DNA from: Myxococcota bacterium
GTDB taxonomy: Bacteria > Myxococcota_A > UBA796 > CAJQPC01
Length of the DNA stretch: 47,545 bases
NCBI GenBank assembly: GCA_036012755.1
Contig: DASCPX010000067.1
Coordinates: 1 to 47,545 of the forward strand
Reading direction: 5' to 3'
Part shown: in pieces, positions 1-9,518 of the stretch
Layout of the letters: each line of letters opens with the position of its first letter
Numbering within the stretch: position 1 is the stretch's first letter
Position numbers and translations under genes: made by a program
Notes under the pieces: model-generated
The model's input: the letters and a program-made list of their open reading frames with translations, nothing else
Told to the model about the DNA's origin: nothing
Databases searched by the model: none

Positions 1-841
1 GGGTCACGGCCGTGCGGTAGAGGCCCGTCTCGGCGGTCCCGGCGATGGCGAGCACCATGAGCGTGTCCGCCCACTGGTTCACCCGGAACAGCATCGAGGA
101 GAAGCTCTCCGGCAGCGAGTAGGCCAGCATCCGACCCCAGGCCAGCTTTGGCTTCACGCCGGAGATCAGCGGCTTCAGGCGGCGCTGCACCAGCGGGATG
201 GCCACGGCCAACGAGACGGCGTTGGCTGCCACGAAGCCCACCGCGACGACCTCGACGCCGAGGCCCGGGATGGACAGCGCCGCCGCGCCGAGCATGCCGA
301 TGGGGAGCACCACCAGGTAGGCCAGGGTCTGACCGCGCATGTCCTTCAGGCCGCGCAGGGTGCCCACCGCCGCCAACAGGAGGCTCCACACACCGACCGC
401 TGGCAGCATCAACAGCAGCACCCTCGGCAGGCCCTCCTCCAGCGCGCCGATGGGCTCCAACACGGCGATCGCCCAGGTGTTTCCTTGGAGAGCGAGCCAG
501 ACGACGAGCGCCGCAAGGCCGCCGATGAGCGGCCCGCCGATGAGCGCCGAGATCCATGTCATCAAGACCGTGCCGCGCAGGGCCTCGAGGTCCCCGGCCT
601 CGCGCTGGCGGGCGCCGAAGTAGACGACCCCCTTGTCCGTCCCCAGCGGCGCGAAGCTCGCCAGGATCGTGACGTAGTTCCTGGCGCCCTCGTAGACGCC
701 GTAGCCGACAGGTCCCAGGAAGTTCGCCAGGACCCAGCTGGTCAGGAAGCGCAGCCCCCGGTTGAGCAGGTTGCCCGCGAAGACCAGGCCGGAGCCGGCA
801 GCGACCTCTGCGGCGCGCTCTGTGGTCCGCTCGTCAGCCAC
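1..841 (-). CDS. wzx: Polysaccharide flippase (Wzx/MOP family), 3' end runs off the window
   Basis: Not in the ORF track. My translation from GTG 841 reads VADERTTERAAEVAAGSGLVFAGNLLNRGLRFLTSWVLANFLGPVGYGVY...MLAYSLPESFSSMLFRVNQWADTLMVLAIAGTAETGLYRTAV, a typical multi-TM flippase pattern. The start overlaps the upstream stop at 834-836. Confidence 0.85.
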   Translation of the reverse strand, partial: MADERTTERAAEVAAGSGLVFAGNLLNRGLRFLTSWVLANFLGPVGYGVYEGARNYVTILASFAPLGTDKGVVYFGARQREAGDLEALRGTVLMTWISALIGGPLIGGLAALVVWLALQGNTWAIAVLEPIGALEEGLPRVLLLMLPAVGVWSLLLAAVGTLRGLKDMRGQTLAYLVVLPIGMLGAAALSIPGLGVEVVAVGFVAANAVSLAVAIPLVQRRLKPLISGVKPKLAWGRMLAYSLPESFSSMLFRVNQWADTLMVLAIAGTAETGLYRTAVT

Positions 842-1754
842 CGCACCAGTGGGACAGGTCGCGGTCCAACAGTTCGCTCAGCTCGTCCACCCACGGACGA
901 TAGCGCTCTTGCAGCTCCCTCTTCAGCGAGGGGTCCATGCCGCCGCGGTCGACGTACTTGATGTTCAGCCGGCGCATGGCCCGCAAGGAGAACCGGTAGC
1001 CGGGCACCGTGCTTCGGCGCAGACCCTCCAGCACCTGCTGCCTCGCCGGGTGGATGAGGTAGTCCTGGATCCCGCGGAAGTGGACCGTGCGGTTCGAGTT
1101 CCGGGCCCGCGCGTCCACGTCGAAGACCCGCTCGAAGTCCTCGAAGTCCTCGCGCACGTCGAGGTAGCGGCAGACACCGCGGAAGACCGCTTTGGGGTCC
1201 TCGCGGAAGTCGTCGTTGATGACCACGTGCACCGCCTCGCGTCCGAAGACCTCGAAGTAGCGCTTCACCTGGGGCGCGTAGCGGACCATCTTCGAGTAGC
1301 GCAGGGCCTCGCGCGGGATGCGGTGTGGCGGCTCGGCGATGGAGCCTTCCCTGCGCCCCTCCTCTGCGGCGAGCGCGGCGCCGAAGTCCGCGATGTCCTC
1401 GTCACCTCTGAAGACGAAGTGGGAGTGCAGCGAGTGCAGCAGCGAGATCGGGTTGCGCAGCAGCATGACGATGCCCGCGCTCGGGCAGTAGTCGTGGATC
1501 TCCTGCGCGGCGCTCTCGGAGAAGAGGTACCAGGTGCTGGCCTCGCCGACCCTCTCTGCGCTCGACGGTGCGTCCTCGAAGAAGCTCTCGAAGTTCTGGA
1601 GGCTGCGCGGCGGGTCGTGGTAGCCGAGGTCCCGCCCGAAGTAGTGCAGCTCCTTCTTGGCCATCCAGATGTCCGGATGCTTCGACAGGTAGCCGTTGAG
1701 CTGACCCGAGCCAGACCTCGGGTGCCCGACGACGAAGAGGTCCGGCTTTCTCAA
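834..1754 (-). CDS. PAPS-dependent sulfotransferase
   Basis: KPDLFVVGHPRSGSGQL (5'-PSB-like loop), KELHYF, GEASTWYL and LRNPISLLHS (3'-PB). TTG start. Confidence 0.85.
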   Translation of the reverse strand: MRKPDLFVVGHPRSGSGQLNGYLSKHPDIWMAKKELHYFGRDLGYHDPPRSLQNFESFFEDAPSSAERVGEASTWYLFSESAAQEIHDYCPSAGIVMLLRNPISLLHSLHSHFVFRGDEDIADFGAALAAEEGRREGSIAEPPHRIPREALRYSKMVRYAPQVKRYFEVFGREAVHVVINDDFREDPKAVFRGVCRYLDVREDFEDFERVFDVDARARNSNRTVHFRGIQDYLIHPARQQVLEGLRRSTVPGYRFSLRAMRRLNIKYVDRGGMDPSLKRELQERYRPWVDELSELLDRDLSHWCGG

Positions 1755-1755
1755 G

Positions 1756-1928
1756 GTCGGAACCTCGTTCTCTCCGGCGCAAGTTCCGACGTAGCCGGGG
1801 CTGCGACGGAGAGAACGACGGCACGTGGAGCGGGCCGCCGGGGGAGGGGCGTAGGCCCGGGGGCCAGGGCCCCCCTGGAAGGAAACGAGTGGTCCAGCGC
1901 CGCGTCGCGGCGCGCGCCGAAGGCGCCG
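1756..1928. other. Structured intergenic element with interleaved inverted repeats and REP-like hairpins
   Basis: GTCGGAAC 1756-1763 pairs with GTTCCGAC 1783-1790. TCGTTCTCTCCG 1765-1776 pairs with CGGAGAGAACGA 1807-1818. Further hairpins GCGCCGCGTCGCGGCGC and GCGCCGAAGGCGC lie near 1897-1926. Confidence 0.55.
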
Positions 1929-1962
1929 GTGGAAGACGCGTCGCGACTTCTACCGAAGGGCA

Positions 1963-2796
1963 CTAGACGTGGCTGACGTCTATGAAGATCTGATCCTCTG
2001 GCTCGAGGACGAAGTCGGCTTCCTTTCCCTTGAGGATTCGCTTGTAGCGGACCTCGATGCGGTCGCCGTCGCGGAGGATGTAGACCTTGTTGATCTTCGC
2101 CGTCTCGAGCAGCCCGCCGGCCTTGGTGAGCGCCTTCGTCAGCGTGATGCCGTCCTGCCACGCCACGGCGCCGGGCTCGCCGACCTGGCCGAGCACGTAG
2201 ACGGCGTTGCCCTGGGGGACGTGGATCTGGTCGCCCGAGACGATGGTCACGTCGCCGCCGGGACGGACGAGGTCCTCGTAGCGCACGATGATCTCCTCGC
2301 TGCCGCGCGTGATCTCGATCTGCGTGATGGTCTCGTCAGCGACCCCGCCGGCCCCGGCGATGAGCTCGCGCAGGGTGGTCGGGCCTTCCAGGTAGTACAC
2401 GGCGGGCTTGTCGACGAGGCCGGTGACCTCGACCGGCTGTGAGCCGAACTCCTTGACCGTGACGAAGACCTCGGGCTCGACGAGGTAGTCCTTGTCGAGC
2501 AGCCGCGTCACGAGCCCTGCGACCTGCTGCGTCGACATGCCCGAGACGTAGACCTGTCCCAACAGCGGGTAGCGCATGCTGCCGTCGGGGTTGATCTCGA
2601 AGGCGCCGGTCAACTCCGCCTCGCCGAGCACCTTGACGTGCAGGGTGTCGCCGCCGCCGACGTAGTAGGACGGGTCGACCGTGGGCTCCCCGGGCAGCTG
2701 GACGCCGCCGAAGCCGCCCGAGTTGACCCGGGCGACAGCGTCGTCCTCAGCTGGATCCGCTCCGAGGGCGAGCGAGAGCAACACACTCGTGATCAT
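1963..2796 (-). CDS. Polysaccharide export OPX protein (Poly_export plus two SLBB domains), short Wza-like
   Basis: YYVGGGDTLHVKV...INPDGSMRYPLLGQVYVSG, then two V.G.V..PG SLBB units. It has a signal peptide and no C-terminal helix. Confidence 0.88.
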   Translation of the reverse strand: MITSVLLSLALGADPAEDDAVARVNSGGFGGVQLPGEPTVDPSYYVGGGDTLHVKVLGEAELTGAFEINPDGSMRYPLLGQVYVSGMSTQQVAGLVTRLLDKDYLVEPEVFVTVKEFGSQPVEVTGLVDKPAVYYLEGPTTLRELIAGAGGVADETITQIEITRGSEEIIVRYEDLVRPGGDVTIVSGDQIHVPQGNAVYVLGQVGEPGAVAWQDGITLTKALTKAGGLLETAKINKVYILRDGDRIEVRYKRILKGKEADFVLEPEDQIFIDVSHV

Positions 2797-2908
2797 CCAA
2801 CCACTCCGTCTGCGAGCCTTCCGTTGCCACCATTGGCCAACACTGGGCTGTCTTGAGAAGGGCTCACTTCAGTAGAAGAAGCTACCACCGCATCCGGCAC
2901 ACGCGATA

Positions 2909-4327
2909 TCACGCCGCTTCCTTCAGTGGAACAACTCTTGGATGTTCTTCCAACAGGCGCCGTCGTCGGATGCCCATGGCCATCCCGAAGAGGATGCCGA
3001 CCATGCCCCAGAAGAGCCAGGCGATCGTGACGCGCTGGATGAAGCTGTTCGAGAGGAGGTTCGTCACGACCGTGACCGCGGTGAGCGCGATCATGAAGGC
3101 GCCGTAGCCACGGCCCCACGCGGAGGCGCCGTTGCGGAGCACGAACAGCCCCTGCTTCAGCACCTGCCACTGCAGCACGATGTAGCTGACGACCGCGATC
3201 GGACCCAGCTGGTAGAGCAGTGACAGGTAGTCGTTGTGGGAGTCGAGGTCGTCTGACTTCTCCGCGGATCGGTACAGGTCCGCGTACATGTCCGTCATCT
3301 CGTAGTGCCCGCCGAGACCCAGGCCCAGCACCATGTCGACGGGGCTCTGGCGAGCGAACTCCGCCATCGAGGAGCCCCAGATGCCGACGCGACCGCTGCC
3401 CAGGGTGCGCCGGTTGTGGAGGGCGTCGTCACCGAGGAAGGTGACGAGGTCCGAGAAGCGGTCTTGCATCGAGGCGTTCATCACCAGGAGCAGGAGCAGC
3501 GCAGCGGATCCCAGCCCGACGAGTCCCCAGCGCTTCTGGACGGCGAGGAAGACGAAGGTGAACACCACGAAGCCGGTCAGCGCGGTGCGCACATATGTGT
3601 AGTAGAGGCACACCAGGCCCACGCCGAGGCAGCCGGTGACGAAGGCGCGCCGGAGGCCTTTGGTGTTGTCGATCCAGAAGACCAGCACGCAGTTCAGCAC
3701 CAGCAGGAAGAGCGCGTGGTTGTGGAGGTTCTTGTAGCCGCCGACGAGCCGGTAGTAGCCCTGGCGATAGTGCTCCAGCGCCTGGCCCGAGAGCAGGTGG
3801 TAGGAGCTCAGCGCCAGTGACACCAGCGCCGCCGCGGTGATGAGCACCAGCAGGCGCTTTCGGTCTCCGTCCTCCGTGATCATGGTCGCGACCAGGAACA
3901 TCAGGAGCAGGGGCACGATGTACTTGGCGAGGATCTCGGCGGCGTCTCGGACCTCTCCGGAGCGGCCAGCGGCGATGACCAGGATGACCAGGTAGCAACA
4001 GAGGGCGAGGAAGCCGGGGGTGCGCTCGACGCGCTTGATCTCGATGTAGCAGAGCACCGCCGCCATCGCGGCGACGCCCCCACCGAAGGCCTCGAGGATG
4101 TTGAGCCCGCCGATGTCCCCGGGGACCCACCAGAACAGGTCGATGATGACGCGAATGACGAAGGTCGCCATCAGCGCGTTCACCGGCTTCGTGAAGAAGT
4201 AGACGCCGAAGATGATCGCGACACAGCCGGCGACGGTGGCCGTCGCAGGGAGGGTCAGCACGAGCCCTGCGAGCCCGAGGACGACCGCCGCCCCGAGGAC
4301 GACCTCTATGCTGCGGAATCCCCTCAA
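2909..4327 (-). CDS. O-antigen ligase/Wzy-like polymerase
   Basis: About 12 TM segments, TYVRTAL, SGRVGIW, LGLGLGG and DSHNDYLSLLYQLG (Wzy_C-type motifs). TTGA overlap with wzc. Confidence 0.8.
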   Translation of the reverse strand: MRGFRSIEVVLGAAVVLGLAGLVLTLPATATVAGCVAIIFGVYFFTKPVNALMATFVIRVIIDLFWWVPGDIGGLNILEAFGGGVAAMAAVLCYIEIKRVERTPGFLALCCYLVILVIAAGRSGEVRDAAEILAKYIVPLLLMFLVATMITEDGDRKRLLVLITAAALVSLALSSYHLLSGQALEHYRQGYYRLVGGYKNLHNHALFLLVLNCVLVFWIDNTKGLRRAFVTGCLGVGLVCLYYTYVRTALTGFVVFTFVFLAVQKRWGLVGLGSAALLLLLVMNASMQDRFSDLVTFLGDDALHNRRTLGSGRVGIWGSSMAEFARQSPVDMVLGLGLGGHYEMTDMYADLYRSAEKSDDLDSHNDYLSLLYQLGPIAVVSYIVLQWQVLKQGLFVLRNGASAWGRGYGAFMIALTAVTVVTNLLSNSFIQRVTIAWLFWGMVGILFGMAMGIRRRRLLEEHPRVVPLKEAA

Positions 4328-6453
4328 CTGGCCTTGGTGTCCCGGTCCGCCTCTGCGTCCGCGTAGTAGACCGTGTTGTAGTCGTAGTAGTAGTAGTAGC
4401 CGTAGCCGCTGCGCCGAACATCGAGACGGTTGACGATGGCGCCGAGGATGTTGGCTTCCATCTCGCTCAGGCGCGAGCGCGAGTGGATGACCTGGTTCTT
4501 GTGGGTCTGGTTGCTGCGCACCGCCATCACGACGCCATCGACCATGCGGCTGAGGATGAGCGGATCGGCGACCGCGCTGACCGGCGGGCTGTCGATGACC
4601 ACCATGTCGTAGCCGGTGATGCTGTCGAGGAGGTCGAGCATCTTCTGGCTACCCAGGAGCTCGGCCGGGTTCGCGGGGTGCGGTCCGGCGACGAGCAGAT
4701 CCAGGTTGGGGATCGGCGTCTCCCAGACGGCCTCCTCCAACGGGAGTCCGTCGAGGACGCCGGTCAGGCCGAGGCCGTTGTCGCGGACGAAGAGCTTGTG
4801 CTGCGTTGGGCGACGAAGATCGCAGTCGATGAGCAGCACCCGGGTCCCGGTCATGGCGATGACCGCGGCCAGGTTCGAGCTGATGAAGCTCTTGCCTTCC
4901 TGCGGCGCCGCCGAGGTGACCAACAGTCGCCTCAGGGGGCGGTCCTTCGATCGGAACAGGATGTTCGTGCGGATGCTTCGCAGGGCCTCCGTCGTCGGTG
5001 AGCGAGGCCGCCCGTGGACGAAGAGGTTGCGCTCGAACTCGCTCGGCATCGCCTCCAGCTCTGCGGGATCGACCAGCGGGACGGCGCCGAGGAAGGGGAT
5101 TCCGACGTCTTTCTCGATGTCGTCCCGGGACTTGACCGTGGAGTCGAGGTACTCCTGCAAGAAGGCCAGCCCGACCCCCGCCATCACTCCGACCAGCAGC
5201 GCGATCGGCAGGTTCGTCGTCATCTTCGGGCGGATCGGATCCCAGTTGGACCAGGCGCGGTCGACGAAGTGCACGTTGTTGGCGCGGATGTCGTTGACGA
5301 TCTCGATCTGGGCGAGCCGCTGGTCGAGGGTCTTGTAGAAGTCGTCGAGCTTCTCGACCTGCCCCTGGAGCGCTTGGAGGTGGAGGAACTTCCGGTTGAG
5401 GAGCTCGAGCTCCGTGTTGACCACGCCGAGCTCCTTCGTGACCTCCCGCTCGCGGTTCTTGAGCAGGCTGAGCTTCGCCTCTCGACCCTCGATGTACTCC
5501 ATCAGCTGGGCCCTCACGAGCTCCTCCTGGCCCGTGATCTCCTGGCCGATCGCGACCACGTCCGGGTGGCCCTCGCGTCGGGTGGTCAAGAGCTCCTGGC
5601 GGGTCTGCCGGAGCTTCTGGAGCTCGCCGATCCCGGTGGCGAGGCCCTCGTCCTGTTGGGCGATGTGGTTGGCGAGACCGAGCCAGTCCTCGCTCCAGTA
5701 CATCTGCTTGAGCCGCTCGACGTCCGACTGCACCAGCAGGCGCTCGGTCTGGGCCTGGGCGAGCTGGTTCTGGAGCTTCTTCTCCCCCTCCTGGATGGCG
5801 GTGCGCTCGTTGTCGACGCCCAGCAGGCCGTTCTCGTAGACGTAGTTGTGGACCTCTTCCTCGGCGTCGAGGCGGCGCTTGTTGTAGAGCTCCTTCTGCT
5901 CCAGCAGGCGCGTCCGGGCGAGGTTGCTGTCGTCCCTCGCGCGCTGGAGGTTCGAGTCCATGTAGGAGTGGGCCAGGGTGTTGGCGAAGAGCGACGCCTT
6001 GTCGGCGTCCGGGTAGATGATCGTGATGTGGACGAGCTCGGTGTCACCCTCCGGACGGATGTCGAGTATCTTCCGGAAGGTCCTCACCGGGTTCTCTTCA
6101 TCGTCGAAGTCGGTGATGCCGTGCTGCTCGCGAAGGACATCGATGGTGGCGAGCAAGAGCGTGCGGCTACGCAGGATCCGGTACTGCGTGGCGTAGTAGG
6201 CGTGGCGCTCGTCGTTGGTGCGGACGCTCACCAGCTCGCCGGCGTCCTCGACCGGGAGGATCATCGGCGCCTTCGGGTTGATCTCGAGCGTCGCGGTCGC
6301 CGAGTAGTACTCGGTCATCACCAGCGTACCCACGAAGACCGTGACGAACACTACTCCGGCGAGGGTGGCCACGGTCGGCCAGCGCTTCCAGAGGATCTGC
6401 CAGTAGTGGACGAGGTTCGCCTCGCGATAGCGTCCGGGTCCTGAATCGGTCAT
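4324..6453 (-). CDS. wzc: Polysaccharide co-polymerase / tyrosine autokinase
   Basis: Wzz-like N-terminal TM, periplasmic coiled coil, Walker A TSAAPQEGKS, IDCDLRRP, VIDSPP and a C-terminal Tyr cluster GYGYYYYYDYNTVYY. ATG 6453 preferred over the track start. Confidence 0.92.
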   Translation of the reverse strand: MTDSGPGRYREANLVHYWQILWKRWPTVATLAGVVFVTVFVGTLVMTEYYSATATLEINPKAPMILPVEDAGELVSVRTNDERHAYYATQYRILRSRTLLLATIDVLREQHGITDFDDEENPVRTFRKILDIRPEGDTELVHITIIYPDADKASLFANTLAHSYMDSNLQRARDDSNLARTRLLEQKELYNKRRLDAEEEVHNYVYENGLLGVDNERTAIQEGEKKLQNQLAQAQTERLLVQSDVERLKQMYWSEDWLGLANHIAQQDEGLATGIGELQKLRQTRQELLTTRREGHPDVVAIGQEITGQEELVRAQLMEYIEGREAKLSLLKNREREVTKELGVVNTELELLNRKFLHLQALQGQVEKLDDFYKTLDQRLAQIEIVNDIRANNVHFVDRAWSNWDPIRPKMTTNLPIALLVGVMAGVGLAFLQEYLDSTVKSRDDIEKDVGIPFLGAVPLVDPAELEAMPSEFERNLFVHGRPRSPTTEALRSIRTNILFRSKDRPLRRLLVTSAAPQEGKSFISSNLAAVIAMTGTRVLLIDCDLRRPTQHKLFVRDNGLGLTGVLDGLPLEEAVWETPIPNLDLLVAGPHPANPAELLGSQKMLDLLDSITGYDMVVIDSPPVSAVADPLILSRMVDGVVMAVRSNQTHKNQVIHSRSRLSEMEANILGAIVNRLDVRRSGYGYYYYYDYNTVYYADAEADRDTKAS

Positions 6454-6548
6454 ATAGGTTGCTGCCTTGGGAAGGGTCGCCGCAGGTGTCCGTAACCTGA
6501 GCAACTTTTGGACCGTAGCACGGCATAGGAAGCCCAGCATGGAAGGTC

Positions 6549-9047
6549 ATGGGGGCTGATACCAGCCTGAAAGCGGCCTTCGAAGGGCCCGTCCGGTATC
6601 TCGAGGTCGTCCTCGCTGCGCTGGTCCCCTTGGCGATCCTGCCTTTTGCGACGGTCCACCCCGGTTGGAGGAGTGCGCTGGCGCTGCTCGCGGGGGTCGT
6701 CGGGCTGGCCATGGCCTTGCGCGGCCTGAGTCGCCGCTCCGCCGGTGGTGTGCTCATCGGGACCGTCGGTGGGATGAGCGCCGCCGCGGTGCTCGGGGGC
6801 CTGGTCTTCCTGCCGGTCGGTCCGGGGTTGCGACGACTGCTCCAGCCCGGGATCGGCGATGTCATCGTCGATGTCGCGGGGGTTGCTGGCGCGGAGAGTC
6901 TCCCGCTCGCGCTCGATGCGCACCGGGGCCTGATGGAGTGGGGGATCACCCTGTGCTGGATGCTGGTGGTGCTCGGAGCGGCCCTGGTGGTCCGAAACTC
7001 GCGCCGGGCCGCTCGGGCAGCCAGGGTCTGCGTGGGCGCGGGGGTGCTCCTGGTCGCGCTGGTCATCGCCCATCGGGCGGACGGCGCCGATCACATCTGG
7101 TGGATCAGCGACGTCCCGGGTTTTTCGCGGGACCCCTTCTTCGGCACCTTCGTGAACCCCAACCACGGCGGCATCTTCTGCGCGGCCCTCGCCCCCCTCG
7201 CGCTGGCTGGAGTCGCTCGGGACCGCGGGGCTTCTCGGTCCTTCAACGTGCTCGCGCTGGTCGTGCTGGCGGCGGGGGTCTTCCTCGCGGGCAGCCGCGG
7301 GGCCATCCTCTGTGCCCTGGCGGCCATGCTGCCGATGGTGTGGCTCGTCGGGGGGCGGGCAGGTCGCCTCGGGCTCGGCGCCTCGATCGCGGCGGTGGTC
7401 GTCGGCGTGGTCTACATCGGTCCGGTCGAGTTCCTGCGACGTCTCAGCGACTGGCTCGTCCCAGGGGCCGCCGGCAGTGACGTGCTGACGGGCCGCGGTG
7501 AGATCTACGCGGACACGGTCTCCCTCCTCGCCGCGGCGCCCTTCGCAGGGCTGGGGCCTCATGGCTTCGACGAGGGTCTCCGGGTGTTGAAGTCCACCCC
7601 CACCTTCAGCTACACGACCCACGCCCACCAGGAGCTCTTGCAGCTGCTCGTCGAGCACGGCGTCGTCCTTGGCGCCATCTGGCTGATCGCGTTGGCTGTG
7701 GCGGTCGGGCAGGGCTTCCGGCACTCCATCCAGCAGGACAGCGAGCGCCGCCGGCTGATGCTCTCCGGCTGGCTCGGGAGCCTCTGCGCCATCGGCGCTG
7801 CTTGCGTCTTCACCTTCCCACTCCGAATCGGAGCCATCGAGATCCTCGCCTCCCTGTCGCTGGGCGTCGTCCTGGGGCTCTCTCCCACCAGCGAGCGCGG
7901 CCCCGGCGGTCGCGAGAGTGGCCTGTTGAGGAAGGCAGCCATCGCGGTCTTCGTCCTGGCGCTGGTCGGAGTGCTCGCGCCGTGGGCGCTCGAGGACAGC
8001 CCGCGCTCCGACTTCGGCGACAGCGGTCGAGCCCTCGTCAGGGGTCACGAGGCCATGGAGGGTGGCACGCAGGACGCGGGTTGGGAGGCGGCGGATTGGT
8101 ACCGGCTCGCCCTGCGGCGGAAGACCCTCGACCGTGAGCCCCTGCAGCACCTGTCCCGCGCGCTCTTGATGGCCGGGGACATAGACGGCGCCGTCGCTGC
8201 GCTGGAGCTCGCCACCGTGGTCGACCCGACCCTGCCCTGGGCCTGGCGCGACCTGGCTCGACTCCAGCGACGCCTGGGGGACTACGAGCTCTCCAGGGAG
8301 TCCTATCGGCGCATGCTCTGGTGCGACCTTCCTGACGACGAGCGGGCACGGCACGTCGCCGAGGCCATGCAGGGGCCCGGAGACATCGGCGCGATCGCCA
8401 CAGCCGTGCTGCCGGATCGCGGGGACGTGCTCGCGCTCGGCGCGCGCCTGTTGGAGAAGGACAAGCGCGTCAACGCTGCGGAGGAGCGCTTCGCTCGCGC
8501 CGCCGAGCTGGAGGCCCGGTACGGTGCCCATCACGGCTCCTTCCTGCTCCGCCAGGACCGGGACGAGGAGGCGCTCGCCGCCGCCACGAGGGCACCGGAG
8601 GGCTGCTTCGCCCTGGAGGTGCAGGCCACGGCCCACTTCAAGCTGGGCCACCTGGAGGACTCCGGGGAGCTGTTCTCCCGCGCCCTCGGCCAGTGCTCGG
8701 ACGATGAAGGGCAAAACCGCCGTGTCCGCATCGGCATCGCCCGGGTCCGGATGGCCCAGGGGGACCCCAAGGGGCGAGAGAACCTGGAGAAGCTCGTCGA
8801 CGAGGATCCCTCGGACGTCCAGCTCCTACGCGTGCTGGCGGTCTATGCGCGCCAGCAGAAGCACCGCACGCTCCTGACGAGCTCGCTCGAGCGCATCGTC
8901 GCCACCGGAGAGGCACGCCCTCGAGAGGTCCGCGAGCTGGACCGGCTGAAGGTCGGGCTGCCCTTGCCGGAGGCGATGGACCTCGCCCAGGTCGACACCG
9001 AGCTGGAATTGCCGGCCGAGGAGGCCTCGGATAATCCGAGGCGGTGA
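6549..9047 (+). CDS. O-antigen ligase-like membrane protein with C-terminal TPR-like region
   Basis: FFGTFVNPNH, GSRGA, HAHQELLQLLVEHG, many TMs, then helical TPR-like repeats. Confidence 0.8.
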   Translation: MGADTSLKAAFEGPVRYLEVVLAALVPLAILPFATVHPGWRSALALLAGVVGLAMALRGLSRRSAGGVLIGTVGGMSAAAVLGGLVFLPVGPGLRRLLQPGIGDVIVDVAGVAGAESLPLALDAHRGLMEWGITLCWMLVVLGAALVVRNSRRAARAARVCVGAGVLLVALVIAHRADGADHIWWISDVPGFSRDPFFGTFVNPNHGGIFCAALAPLALAGVARDRGASRSFNVLALVVLAAGVFLAGSRGAILCALAAMLPMVWLVGGRAGRLGLGASIAAVVVGVVYIGPVEFLRRLSDWLVPGAAGSDVLTGRGEIYADTVSLLAAAPFAGLGPHGFDEGLRVLKSTPTFSYTTHAHQELLQLLVEHGVVLGAIWLIALAVAVGQGFRHSIQQDSERRRLMLSGWLGSLCAIGAACVFTFPLRIGAIEILASLSLGVVLGLSPTSERGPGGRESGLLRKAAIAVFVLALVGVLAPWALEDSPRSDFGDSGRALVRGHEAMEGGTQDAGWEAADWYRLALRRKTLDREPLQHLSRALLMAGDIDGAVAALELATVVDPTLPWAWRDLARLQRRLGDYELSRESYRRMLWCDLPDDERARHVAEAMQGPGDIGAIATAVLPDRGDVLALGARLLEKDKRVNAAEERFARAAELEARYGAHHGSFLLRQDRDEEALAAATRAPEGCFALEVQATAHFKLGHLEDSGELFSRALGQCSDDEGQNRRVRIGIARVRMAQGDPKGRENLEKLVDEDPSDVQLLRVLAVYARQQKHRTLLTSSLERIVATGEARPREVRELDRLKVGLPLPEAMDLAQVDTELELPAEEASDNPRR

Positions 9048-9451
9048 TGGACCCGCAGCACTCTGCCGCCGAGGAGCGCATTCGAGCGGAGCTCCAGGAA
9101 GAGCACGACGAGCGCAAGCGCAGGCTGGCCGAGAAGAAGGTGCGCTCCAAGGTCAAGTCAGAGCGGCGGCGCGCCCAGGAAGAGCAGGAAGCCGAGCTCG
9201 AGCTGCGCCGTCGGGTGGAGGAGCAGTTCTACGCAGACAAGGGCTACAAGAGGTACGTCGACTCCCGTGGCAAGGCGCGCTGGCTCCTGCCCGAGGAGTA
9301 CGACTGGCGCATGAAGGCCCGCAAGGAGCGGGAGAGGCGGCACGGCAAGCACCGCGCCTTCGAGCAGCCCGGTCGCGCCAGCTGGATGATCTGGGCAGGC
9401 CTGGTGGTGATGGCGGTGCTCATGGGCTGCGCGCTCTTGGTCGCCGGCTGA
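9044..9451 (+). CDS. Hypothetical charged coiled-coil protein with C-terminal TM anchor
   Basis: GC3-rich codons, start overlaps the upstream stop, E/R/K-rich body and hydrophobic C-terminus. Confidence 0.7.
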   Translation: MMDPQHSAAEERIRAELQEEHDERKRRLAEKKVRSKVKSERRRAQEEQEAELELRRRVEEQFYADKGYKRYVDSRGKARWLLPEEYDWRMKARKERERRHGKHRAFEQPGRASWMIWAGLVVMAVLMGCALLVAG

Positions 9452-9518
9452 GCTCCTATTAGGGTGGTGCAGGTAGCGTGAGGGGTGCCGCTGGGCGCAC
9501 GGGTACGCGCCAGCCGAT

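Noticed and set aside
2876..2895. GGTGGTAG on the - strand upstream of the OPX gene, resembling the ops/JUMPstart element
   Set aside because: It mismatches the GGCGGTAG core and lacks the rest of the element, so a chance match is likely.
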